12,194 bases of DNA from assembly GCA_037481775.1 (NCBI GenBank), contig JBBFKZ010000013.1, positions 1 to 12,194 of the forward strand, given 5' to 3'. This document shows, one piece after another, positions 1 to 6,900 of this stretch. Within the stretch, counting starts at the first letter, position 1, and the number at the start of each line of letters is the position of its first letter. Under the pieces are notes generated by a model. It worked only from the letters and a program-made list of their open reading frames with translations. It was not told the DNA's origin and did no database searches. Position numbers and translations under genes: made by a program. Source of the stretch: Candidatus Bathyarchaeia archaeon. GTDB taxonomy: Archaea; Thermoproteota; Bathyarchaeia; Bathyarchaeales; Bathycorpusculaceae.

Positions 1-210
1 CTGGCGATTTTGAAGGAAGAATACCGTGAAGACCTGAGTTTAGAAGGAGCTATAAAACTTGCAGTAAAATGCTTGCAAAAAGCCTTAGAAGCGAGGCAGT
101 TGCAGCCCAGAATAAAAATCGCGGTTGTTCCTGTAAAAACGAAGAAACTGGAAATGTTAACCGATGATGCAGTGGAAGGCTATCTTAAAGAGCTGGGTTT
201 GAGCAAGTGA
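1..210 (+). CDS. psmA: Proteasome subunit alpha, C-terminal fragment (5' end outside window)
   Basis: Frame is open from base 1 (LAILKEEYREDLSLEGAIKLAVKCLQKALE...IKIAVV) to TGA at 208-210. It resembles the proteasome alpha C-terminus and sits directly before SBDS, as in the conserved archaeal superoperon. Confidence 0.88.
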   Translation: MAILKEEYREDLSLEGAIKLAVKCLQKALEARQLQPRIKIAVVPVKTKKLEMLTDDAVEGYLKELGLSK

Positions 211-217
211 CAATTTA

Positions 218-907
218 ATGAGTGAAAGATACACAGTTGCGCGCTTAACAAAAGATAAAGAACACTTTGAAATTCTTGTTAAACCAGAGAAAGCGCTCGA
301 TTATCGTACCGGAAAAATTTCTAGGATAACAGAGGTTTTAGTGTCTGAAACTATTTTCTCTGATGCAAATAAAGGCACAAAAGTTTCAGAGGAGCAGATG
401 CGCAAAGCGTTTGAAACAACGGATTCGCTGAAAATCGCAGATATAATACTGAAAAAAGGTGTGCTTCAGCTTACAACCGAGCAAAGACGTAGAATGATAG
501 AGGATAAGCGAAAACAAATAATCGATTTCATTGCGAGGCAGGCCGTTGACCCAAAAACCAACTTGCCACATCCGCCTATGCGAATAGAAAACGCTATGGA
601 CCAGATTCGTTACCCCATAGATCCTCATAAATCCGTGGAAGAGCAGGCGCGCGAAATAGTGAAGCTTTTACGTCCGATTCTGCCTTTGAAAATAGAGCAG
701 ATTTCCTTAAGCGTTCGTATACCTGCTGAGTACTCGACAAGAGCCTATGGCGCAATCAAGGGCTACGGCACGATAAAACAAGAGGAATGGCGCGCAGACG
801 GGTCGTGGCATGGCGTAATAGAAATGCCTGCTGGCGCGTATGCTTCATTCCTTAATAAGCTTGGAGAAGTAACTAAGGGAAGTGGAGAAGCAAAGGTAAT
901 TACCTAA
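218..907 (+). CDS. sdo1: SBDS/Sdo1 family ribosome maturation factor
   Basis: Motifs HFEILVKP, IFSDANKG, LQLTTEQRR, DPKTNLPHPPMRIENAM and a C-terminal ferredoxin-like domain (EEWRADGSW); 229 aa; conserved position before rrp4. Confidence 0.96.
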   Translation: MSERYTVARLTKDKEHFEILVKPEKALDYRTGKISRITEVLVSETIFSDANKGTKVSEEQMRKAFETTDSLKIADIILKKGVLQLTTEQRRRMIEDKRKQIIDFIARQAVDPKTNLPHPPMRIENAMDQIRYPIDPHKSVEEQAREIVKLLRPILPLKIEQISLSVRIPAEYSTRAYGAIKGYGTIKQEEWRADGSWHGVIEMPAGAYASFLNKLGEVTKGSGEAKVIT

Positions 908-937
908 AAAATGAATTTAATATGAGGTTAGTGAAAC

Positions 938-1648
938 ATGCCAACATTTTTTGAAAAAAAGCAGATTGTAACGCCAGGAGAATTGCTTGCAGAAGGCGAT
1001 TATATAGCTGGCGAAAACACATACGCGGAAAATAAAAAAATTTACGCTGCAAGAATTGGACTTGCAAGCTGCGAAAACAAAAAAGTGAATGTTGTTGCAC
1101 TAAGGGCATTCTACTATCCCAAAGTAGGCGACATCGTAATAGGCACTGTCCTAGAAGTTGGCTTCAACGGATGGACAGTAGACATAAAAGCACCCTACAC
1201 TGCGCTTCTTAGAGCATCGGACGTTCTTAGTAGACCGTTTAAACCGCAGAATGACGAGCTATCTCATTTTCTTGACACAGGCGATTTGATTGTTGCCAAA
1301 ATAGCCTCATTTGATAGAGCTCATGACCCGCAACTTACAGTCAGCGAACCTGGCTTAGGCAAGATAACTCGTGGACAAATAATGAAGGTAACTCCGACAA
1401 AGATTCCGCGCGTAATCGGCAGAAAAGGCTCAATGATTTCTCTCATTAAGCAAGAAACAGGTTGCCAGATTATTCTGGGAATTAACGGGGTCATTTTGGT
1501 CACTGGGAAAAGACCAGAGGACGAGGAACTCGCCATGATGGCGATTCAAAAAATTGAAGAGGAATCCCACACAAGCGGTCTAACAGATCGCATAACACAA
1601 TTTCTTAAAGAAGAAAAAGCGAAACGGGAGGAAAATAAGAATGAGTGA
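938..1648 (+). CDS. rrp4: Exosome RNA-binding cap protein Rrp4 (S1 + KH domains)
   Basis: N-terminal [12 protein letters not shown]1 domain [13 protein letters not shown] motif [11 protein letters not shown], and [13 protein letters not shown]; overlaps rrp41 by 8 nt (ATGAGTGA). Confidence 0.96.
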   Translation: MPTFFEKKQIVTPGELLAEGDYIAGENTYAENKKIYAARIGLASCENKKVNVVALRAFYYPKVGDIVIGTVLEVGFNGWTVDIKAPYTALLRASDVLSRPFKPQNDELSHFLDTGDLIVAKIASFDRAHDPQLTVSEPGLGKITRGQIMKVTPTKIPRVIGRKGSMISLIKQETGCQIILGINGVILVTGKRPEDEELAMMAIQKIEEESHTSGLTDRITQFLKEEKAKREENKNE

Positions 1649-2384
1649 AAAACCTGAAAAATTAATTGACAAGAAAGGTCTAAGGTTGGATGGTAGGAAA
1701 CCAGACGAGCTAAGACCTATAAAAATTGAAGTAGGCGTCTTATCAAACGCGGATGGCTCAGCATACATCGAGCATGGAAAAAATAAGATTTTGGCTGCTG
1801 CGTTCGGCCCAAGAGAAATGCATCCAAAGCACCTGACGCTTCCAGATCGTATGGTGCTACGTTGCCGCTACCATATGGCGCCTTTCTCGGTGCAGGAGCG
1901 CAAGTCTCCAGCGCCTTCAAGACGAGAAATTGAACTTTCAAAGGTGATCAGAGAAGCGCTTGAGCCTGCAGTGTTCGTGGAATATTACCCGCGTACAGGC
2001 GTGGACATTTTCATCGAGGTCTTGCAAGCCGACGGCGGAACAAGGTGCGCAAGTATCACCGCGGCTTCTTTAGCTTTGGCAGATGCGGGCATTCCAATGC
2101 GTGATCTTGTAGCGGCTTGTGCAGCGGGCAAAGTTGGCGATACAGTTGTTCTGGACTTGATGGATACTGAAGATAAGATAGGCTCTGCTGATGTTCCAGT
2201 GGCTATTATGCCTAACTTGAATGCTGTTACGTTGCTGCAAATGGATGGTATCTTGACGCAGGAAGAGTTTGAGAATGCCGTTAACTTGGCTATTGAGGGT
2301 TGTAAGAAGATTTATTCACTGCAGAAGGAAGCGTTGAAAGCTAGGTATATGAGTGTCAAGCAAGAGGAGGAGGTTGAAGAGTAA
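1641..2384 (+). CDS. rrp41: Exosome catalytic subunit Rrp41 (RNase PH-like)
   Basis: [42 protein letters not shown], phosphate-binding [11 protein letters not shown], and acidic DL...ED..G.AD catalytic region all present. Confidence 0.97.
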   Translation: MSEKPEKLIDKKGLRLDGRKPDELRPIKIEVGVLSNADGSAYIEHGKNKILAAAFGPREMHPKHLTLPDRMVLRCRYHMAPFSVQERKSPAPSRREIELSKVIREALEPAVFVEYYPRTGVDIFIEVLQADGGTRCASITAASLALADAGIPMRDLVAACAAGKVGDTVVLDLMDTEDKIGSADVPVAIMPNLNAVTLLQMDGILTQEEFENAVNLAIEGCKKIYSLQKEALKARYMSVKQEEEVEE

Positions 2385-3175
2385 TGTCATCATTGATAAC
2401 TCGTGTTAGATTGAAGCAAATAGAGAATTTAATTGAGAAAGGGAAACGTTTGGATGGAAGAGGGTTAGGTGATTACCGAGGAATCAAAGTTGAGCAGGGC
2501 ATCATTGAAAAAGCGGAAGGATCCGCGAGGGTGCTGCTGGGTAAAACTGAAGTTCTTGTTGGCGTGAAAATTGAGACTGGCGAGCCGTTTCCTGACACGC
2601 CTAATGAGGGAGTGTTAACCGTAAACGCGGAGCTTGTGCCGCTGGCATCACCAAGCTTCGAAGCGGGTCCTCCAGACGAGAATTCTATTGAGTTAGCTAG
2701 AGTGGTCGACAGAGGTATAAGGGAATCAAAAGCCATCGACACTGAGAAGCTTGTAATTGATCCTGGAAAGAAAGTGTTCGTTGTTTTCGTTGACATTTAC
2801 GTGCTTAACCATGATGGAAACTTGATAGACGCTGCCGCTTTGGCTGCAGTAGCTGCTTTGCGCAATACAAAAATGCCTAACTACGAGATTGAAAATGGCG
2901 AGGTAAAAATTAAGCAAGGATACACTCAGCTTCCTATGAGAGCGTATCCCATAACAGTGACGCTTGGAAAGATAAACGGAAAGCTGATTGTTGATCCGTG
3001 GCTGGAGGAGGAAGAGGCTATAGACTCACGCATTTCACTGGCGATTAACGAAGAGGGCAATATCTGCGCTATACAGAAAGGCGGCGTAGGCTATTTCACA
3101 CCGCAACAGATTTTAGAAGCCTCAAGGATTGCTAAAGAAAAAGCTGCTGAACTACGCAAAAAAGTGGATTGGTGA
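2384..3175 (+). CDS. rrp42: Exosome subunit Rrp42
   Basis: GKRLDGRGLGDYR, AEGSARVLLGKT, PFPDTPNEGVL, FEAGPPDENSIELARVVDRGIRES, HDGNLIDA, AIQKGG; coupled to rrp41 by a TAATG overlap. Confidence 0.97.
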   Translation: MSSLITRVRLKQIENLIEKGKRLDGRGLGDYRGIKVEQGIIEKAEGSARVLLGKTEVLVGVKIETGEPFPDTPNEGVLTVNAELVPLASPSFEAGPPDENSIELARVVDRGIRESKAIDTEKLVIDPGKKVFVVFVDIYVLNHDGNLIDAAALAAVAALRNTKMPNYEIENGEVKIKQGYTQLPMRAYPITVTLGKINGKLIVDPWLEEEEAIDSRISLAINEEGNICAIQKGGVGYFTPQQILEASRIAKEKAAELRKKVDW

Positions 3176-3180
3176 AAAAG

Positions 3181-3501
3181 TTGCCGAGAACAAAGAAAGT
3201 GGGTCCCACACGCGGTTTGGGCACAAGATACGGCGCCACCGTGAGAAAAAGATACATAAAAATCATCACGGAACTAAAGAAGCCACACAGATGCCCCCAA
3301 TGCGGATTCGTAAGGGTTAAACGGGAAAGTGTTGGCGTCTGGAAATGCAGAAAATGCGAGTACACCTTCACCGGCGGTGCATATACACCTGCGACAAAAC
3401 TTGGCGCCGTAGCTAAACGCGCAGCTAAGGGTGCACCCGTAGAAGAAATCGCAAAGGCTGTTGCGGAAGCAGAAGAAGCCGCAGAAGAAGAAAGCGAATA
3501 A
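3181..3501 (+). CDS. rpl37ae: 50S ribosomal protein eL43 (L37Ae) with Ala/Glu-rich C-terminal extension
   Basis: RTKKVG, GTRYGATVRK, zinc ribbon CPQC...VGVWKCRKC, FTGGAY. Start placed at TTG 3181 because GGTGA lies 5 nt upstream; TTG 3169 and GTG 3172 are in-frame alternatives. Confidence 0.95.
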   Translation: MPRTKKVGPTRGLGTRYGATVRKRYIKIITELKKPHRCPQCGFVRVKRESVGVWKCRKCEYTFTGGAYTPATKLGAVAKRAAKGAPVEEIAKAVAEAEEAAEEESE

Positions 3502-3503
3502 GT

Positions 3504-3526
3504 CTTCCATTTTTCTTTAACCTTTT
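3504..3526 (+). terminator. Candidate archaeal U-rich terminator after rpl37ae
   Basis: CTTCCATTTTTCTTTAACCTTTT pyrimidine/T runs immediately follow the stop codon. Confidence 0.4.
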
Positions 3527-3537
3527 GCAGCGTAAAC

Positions 3538-3552
3538 CAGAAGCCTTTAAGC
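3538..3552 (+). promoter_or_regulatory. Possible BRE/TATA promoter for pcc1
   Basis: CAGAAGC followed by CTTTAAGC, about 37 nt upstream of ATG 3589; a weak TATA match. Confidence 0.3.
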
Positions 3553-3588
3553 GGGCAACGCGCTTCCCAGTTTATTAAGAAGGTTTAG

Positions 3589-3846
3589 ATGGTGAAAGCA
3601 AAAGCAGCTATCCGTCTGCGGCTGAATTCGGAAAAGCATCTGGCAGCGCTTCTTGATGCCTTAGCTCCGGAAACCAATAAACCTGCTACTTCGAGATCAA
3701 GGGCTTTTTTAAAGCGCGAAGGCAACTTCTTAGTTTTAATGGTTGAAGCAAAAGATACCGTTGCATTGCGCGCGGCATTAAACGCTTACCTAAGATGGAT
3801 ATGCTCTGCAGTAAAAGTTCTAGAATTTGTTGATCAAGTTTTTTAG
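3589..3846 (+). CDS. pcc1: KEOPS complex subunit Pcc1
   Basis: 85 aa; AL.PE...SRS...L.VEAKDTVALRAALNAYLRWI matches the Pcc1 signature; usual position downstream of L37Ae. Confidence 0.9.
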   Translation: MVKAKAAIRLRLNSEKHLAALLDALAPETNKPATSRSRAFLKREGNFLVLMVEAKDTVALRAALNAYLRWICSAVKVLEFVDQVF

Positions 3847-3969
3847 CTGCATCTTGCCGCGGATAGACCCCCTCTATAGGTTTCTGCATTGAATCGCTAA
3901 TAGCCGCCAAATATGACGGGTTCAGAAGCTTTTGAAGTTGTGATTTTTATCTAGTTATTGTATGAGGCA

Positions 3970-3983
3970 TAAAAGTTAATAAT
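3970..3983 (+). promoter_or_regulatory. Candidate BRE-TATA promoter for the Dph6-like gene
   Basis: TAAAAG followed by TTAATAAT, ending 18 nt before ATG 4001 and 42 nt before ATG 4025. Confidence 0.45.
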
Positions 3984-4000
3984 CGTACTACTGTTTAGCA

Positions 4001-4762
4001 ATGTCTGTTGATGGGTGCGCTTTGATGAGAGTTCTTGTTCATTGGAGCGGCGGTAAGGATTGCTGTACGGCGCTTCATAAGGTAATCGAGCAAGGGCACG
4101 AGGTTACACATCTTGTCACTTACATATACATGGAACCTTACATATTCCACAGTATACGTGTGGCTGAACTGCAGTCTAAAGTGCTGGGAATTCCACATCT
4201 TAAGGTTAAAGTTGAAGGCAACCGCTTCAACGCCATCATCGACGCGCTTACGCGTCTGAAAAAAGAAGAAGACATTGAAGGCATTGTAACCGGTGACATT
4301 GACAATGTCCATCACAAACGCACGTGGGATTACGCCTGCAAAAAGCTGGGCATGAAACTGCTTATGCCCCTTTGGGATCGCCGCTTATTTTCCCTCCTTC
4401 CAGGTGACCGCTACCGCAAACGGGTTTTGGACATAGAACTTTCAGTGGGCATGAAGCCCATTATTAGCTGTGTGGACCTGAATTATCTCGGTGCGGAGTG
4501 GTTTGGACGCGAGTTCAACAAAGAATGCGTTGAAGATATGAAGCCGCTGGTTGGCCCTTGGCATAAGGGCATAGATGCTACAGGTGAACCGGGAGAATTT
4601 CACACTACGGTGCTTGATGCGCCGCTTTTTAAGCAGTCAATTGAAATCACCAAATTCGCCAAAAGAAATGAGGAAGTAGACTTCGGAGGCTGGCCTAACC
4701 GAGTTGGCAACTTCCTTTACATGGATGTTGAAGAAGCTATTCTAAGGCCTAAAACGCCATAA
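4001..4762 (+). CDS. Diphthamide synthase (Dph6/MJ0570)-like PP-loop ATP pyrophosphatase, non-canonical
   Basis: PP-loop WSGGKD, GIVTGDI, PLW, and D..GE.GEFHT.VLDAPLF. The true start may be ATG 4025 (MRVLVHWSGGKD). Function as a diphthine-ammonia ligase is not assured. Confidence 0.85.
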   Translation: MSVDGCALMRVLVHWSGGKDCCTALHKVIEQGHEVTHLVTYIYMEPYIFHSIRVAELQSKVLGIPHLKVKVEGNRFNAIIDALTRLKKEEDIEGIVTGDIDNVHHKRTWDYACKKLGMKLLMPLWDRRLFSLLPGDRYRKRVLDIELSVGMKPIISCVDLNYLGAEWFGREFNKECVEDMKPLVGPWHKGIDATGEPGEFHTTVLDAPLFKQSIEITKFAKRNEEVDFGGWPNRVGNFLYMDVEEAILRPKTP

Positions 4763-4771
4763 GCCTCAGAA

Positions 4772-5953
4772 TCAGCTTATTGTGCTGTTCCAGAAGTAGA
4801 TTGCCGAATACTTTTCTCTGTAATTGAATCTTGGATCATCGTAGATAATGTCAAGTCGAAGCCCATACTTCTCTAATAGTTTTTTCATGTTTTCTCCAAT
4901 TATCGGAGTTTTTTCGTCTTCAGGCCAGAAGCCCCAGATACGATCTTCCACGATGTTTTCTGATCGGCGTGTGCCCCAGCCGTAATCTTTCGGCAGAACA
5001 AGCGCTGCTTTTCCATCTGCTTTTCCATAGATTTCTCTTGGATAAGCATGGATGTAATCCCAGAACCGTTTCATCGCCGTGAAATGCTCTTCTGACAATA
5101 TACCGTAAACATTGCTCTCTGGGTACTTGGGGTGGTTGAATACTATGATGTACTTTGCGCCTGCATGGTACGCCGTGAGCATTTCCGTGTATATTTCTGG
5201 TCCGCTTGCCAGATAAGGCGGATCATAATAGGTCCATGTGATTATTGCGCCCCAGGCTTTTCCTTGAACGTTGGCTGCGCCGCGGCATAGTGCTATCTGC
5301 TGTGCTGTTATAGTCTTCCAACCTAACTCAGCAAAAATTACGTCATAACCTGCTAAGTAGTCGAACCAGTAAAGCGCATAATCAGAAGTGAATAGCGGTA
5401 TGCTCACGTTTATGCTCTTCAAGTTTTGCCAGCTAAGGCTTGCGGGGATGCTTGTTACAAACCTATTTGCCGCGTCGCTGTAGTCTGAAGCGTTTTCCAT
5501 GGCTCTTCTCGCGTAATTTCCAGTTTGCCACTGGTTCATGTCAATTTGGTGTCCTCCCGGTTCATCGTAGAGGTATATTCCCAGAAACTTTTTGCCCCAT
5601 CTGTTTGTCGCGTTTTCAAGCCATGCACCCAGCCACGAATAAGCTCTAAATGATATGTAGTCAAAATACACTATGAAGCTCATTCCGGCATTCGCGGCGT
5701 AGTCGCAGACTTCGTTGAGAGCTGTTTCGTTTATGTTTATGTCCCAGGAGCCCATGATGAAGAGGTTCGTGTATTCCTTCGTTCGATCTATTAGCTGCTT
5801 AACTTCGCTGGTTGAGTTGGAACCGAACATTACGCCGAAATAGACCTCTTCCTCGGCGTCTTCATTTTTGCTCTGATCATGAATAGGCGTCGTCGATAAA
5901 ACTGCAGCAGAAAGCACCAGTATAGAGAGAAAAAGTGTCCATGCTGACTTCAT
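4772..5953 (-). CDS. Secreted or membrane-anchored hypothetical protein, possible TIM-barrel glycoside hydrolase-like
   Basis: 393-aa ORF with a hydrophobic N-terminal signal segment (WTLFLSILVLSAAVLS), very rich in Trp/Tyr, with motifs GIYLYDEPGG, LFTSDYALYWFDY and AELGW and several N-X-S/T sequons. The CDS is well supported; the function is an inference. Confidence 0.75.
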   Translation of the reverse strand: MKSAWTLFLSILVLSAAVLSTTPIHDQSKNEDAEEEVYFGVMFGSNSTSEVKQLIDRTKEYTNLFIMGSWDININETALNEVCDYAANAGMSFIVYFDYISFRAYSWLGAWLENATNRWGKKFLGIYLYDEPGGHQIDMNQWQTGNYARRAMENASDYSDAANRFVTSIPASLSWQNLKSINVSIPLFTSDYALYWFDYLAGYDVIFAELGWKTITAQQIALCRGAANVQGKAWGAIITWTYYDPPYLASGPEIYTEMLTAYHAGAKYIIVFNHPKYPESNVYGILSEEHFTAMKRFWDYIHAYPREIYGKADGKAALVLPKDYGWGTRRSENIVEDRIWGFWPEDEKTPIIGENMKKLLEKYGLRLDIIYDDPRFNYREKYSAIYFWNSTIS

Positions 5954-5984
5954 GGCTTTTCGTTACTTACCCATGCATCGGCGA

Positions 5985-5998
5985 CATAAATAGGTTCG
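5985..5998 (-). promoter_or_regulatory. Candidate BRE-TATA promoter for the 4772-5953 gene
   Basis: Minus strand reads CGAACC TATTTATG, about 32 nt upstream of the ATG at 5953. Confidence 0.4.
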
Positions 5999-6012
5999 CT
6001 AAACCTCCAGCG

Positions 6013-6723
6013 TTATTGCTGCTTTGCTTTTCTTATGCGCAGGCGTGGAATAAACGCTGGAACTCGACGTTTGTATTCGCGAAATTCTTCGCCGAATTGC
6101 TCTTCTACTTCTTTGTCCTCCATTTTGGCCAGACGCCAATACAGCACCACCAGAACAGGCCACAACGCAAAAGTTATTATCGATAGCCACTGAATGTTCA
6201 AGCCAAGCGTGATCAGCAGAAATCCGAGGTACTGTGGATGACGCACGTACTTGTAGATGCCTGTCGTTACAAGTTTGCCTTCTTTTCTGGCTTTATGGAT
6301 TTGTTTCCAGCCGTAGATGATTAGCAGTATGCCTATACCCATGATTATTTTTGACGCGGGAAACACATAATAATGATGAATATAGTAAAGCGTTTCTTCA
6401 CCTAACACGCCTGCTAGCAGGAAATCTATTGAGTATACGTTGTAGCTGAAAATTCCTGCCAATAGGTACATCGTTAAGGGAATTCCGAACATTTCCACGT
6501 ATAAGGCGACGAGGAAGGCGATGTAGACGCTGTTAGGCAAGCGTTTAAGCTTTCCTTTAACTGGAAGAAATAAGACAAAGAGCGAAAGAAAGATCACGTT
6601 CAAGGCAATCAGTAGCCATTTATCCGGTGTACCGAAACCAAAAGGTGTAAAGGTGCCGAAGTGAAGCGGAATCGCTATTATCACTGTTATGACGATGAAC
6701 TCCACGATTTCCTTAAGCTTCAC
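6013..6723 (-). CDS. Isoprenylcysteine carboxyl methyltransferase (ICMT/Ste14/PEMT) family membrane methyltransferase
   Basis: Multiple transmembrane segments; SAM-binding signature LVTTGIYKYVRHPQYLG; C-terminal E...EEQFGEEFREYKRRVPAFIP; GTG start. Confidence 0.9.
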   Translation of the reverse strand: MKLKEIVEFIVITVIIAIPLHFGTFTPFGFGTPDKWLLIALNVIFLSLFVLFLPVKGKLKRLPNSVYIAFLVALYVEMFGIPLTMYLLAGIFSYNVYSIDFLLAGVLGEETLYYIHHYYVFPASKIIMGIGILLIIYGWKQIHKARKEGKLVTTGIYKYVRHPQYLGFLLITLGLNIQWLSIITFALWPVLVVLYWRLAKMEDKEVEEQFGEEFREYKRRVPAFIPRLRIRKAKQQ

Positions 6724-6742
6724 GTCCTCTCACACGGCCTTC

Positions 6743-6786
6743 ATTCACTAAAATAACCACGCCAATACAATTCTGGTTTAGTGAAT
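6743..6786. repeat. 10-bp perfect inverted repeat with 24-nt spacer, candidate operator
   Basis: ATTCACTAAA (6743-6752) and TTTAGTGAAT (6777-6786) are exact reverse complements. Confidence 0.55.
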
Positions 6787-6798
6787 ATAAATTTGCTG
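6784..6798 (-). promoter_or_regulatory. Candidate BRE-TATA promoter for the ICMT-family gene
   Basis: Minus strand reads CAGCAAA TTTATATT, about 60 nt upstream of GTG 6723. Confidence 0.5.
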
Positions 6799-6850
6799 TT
6801 CAAAGAGCGGCTTGAAAGTCTGATTGAGTTTTGATGAAGGCGTGGCGTGT

Positions 6851-6866
6851 CAAAAATCATATATCT
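6851..6866 (+). promoter_or_regulatory. Candidate BRE-TATA promoter for the beta-helix gene
   Basis: CAAAAATC ATATATCT, about 35 nt upstream of TTG 6901; purine-rich GTGAGAGAGGAAA just before the start. Confidence 0.45.
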
Positions 6867-6900
6867 AAAGTTGGCTATTTGAAAGAAGTGAGAGAGGAAA

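Noticed and set aside
3863-3877. Mini-hairpin ATAGA-CCCCC-TCTAT after pcc1
   Set aside because: Only a 5-bp AT-rich stem; not significant.
386-3910. Antisense and alternative-frame ORFs over the exosome operon (e.g. 386-628, 2473-2796, 3132-3371, 3686-3910)
   Set aside because: Shadow ORFs of well-conserved genes with no recognisable motifs.
3847-4000. Possible prefoldin beta remnant, tRNA or attachment site at the operon boundary
   Set aside because: No coiled-coil ORF, cloverleaf, direct repeat or integrase could be recognised.
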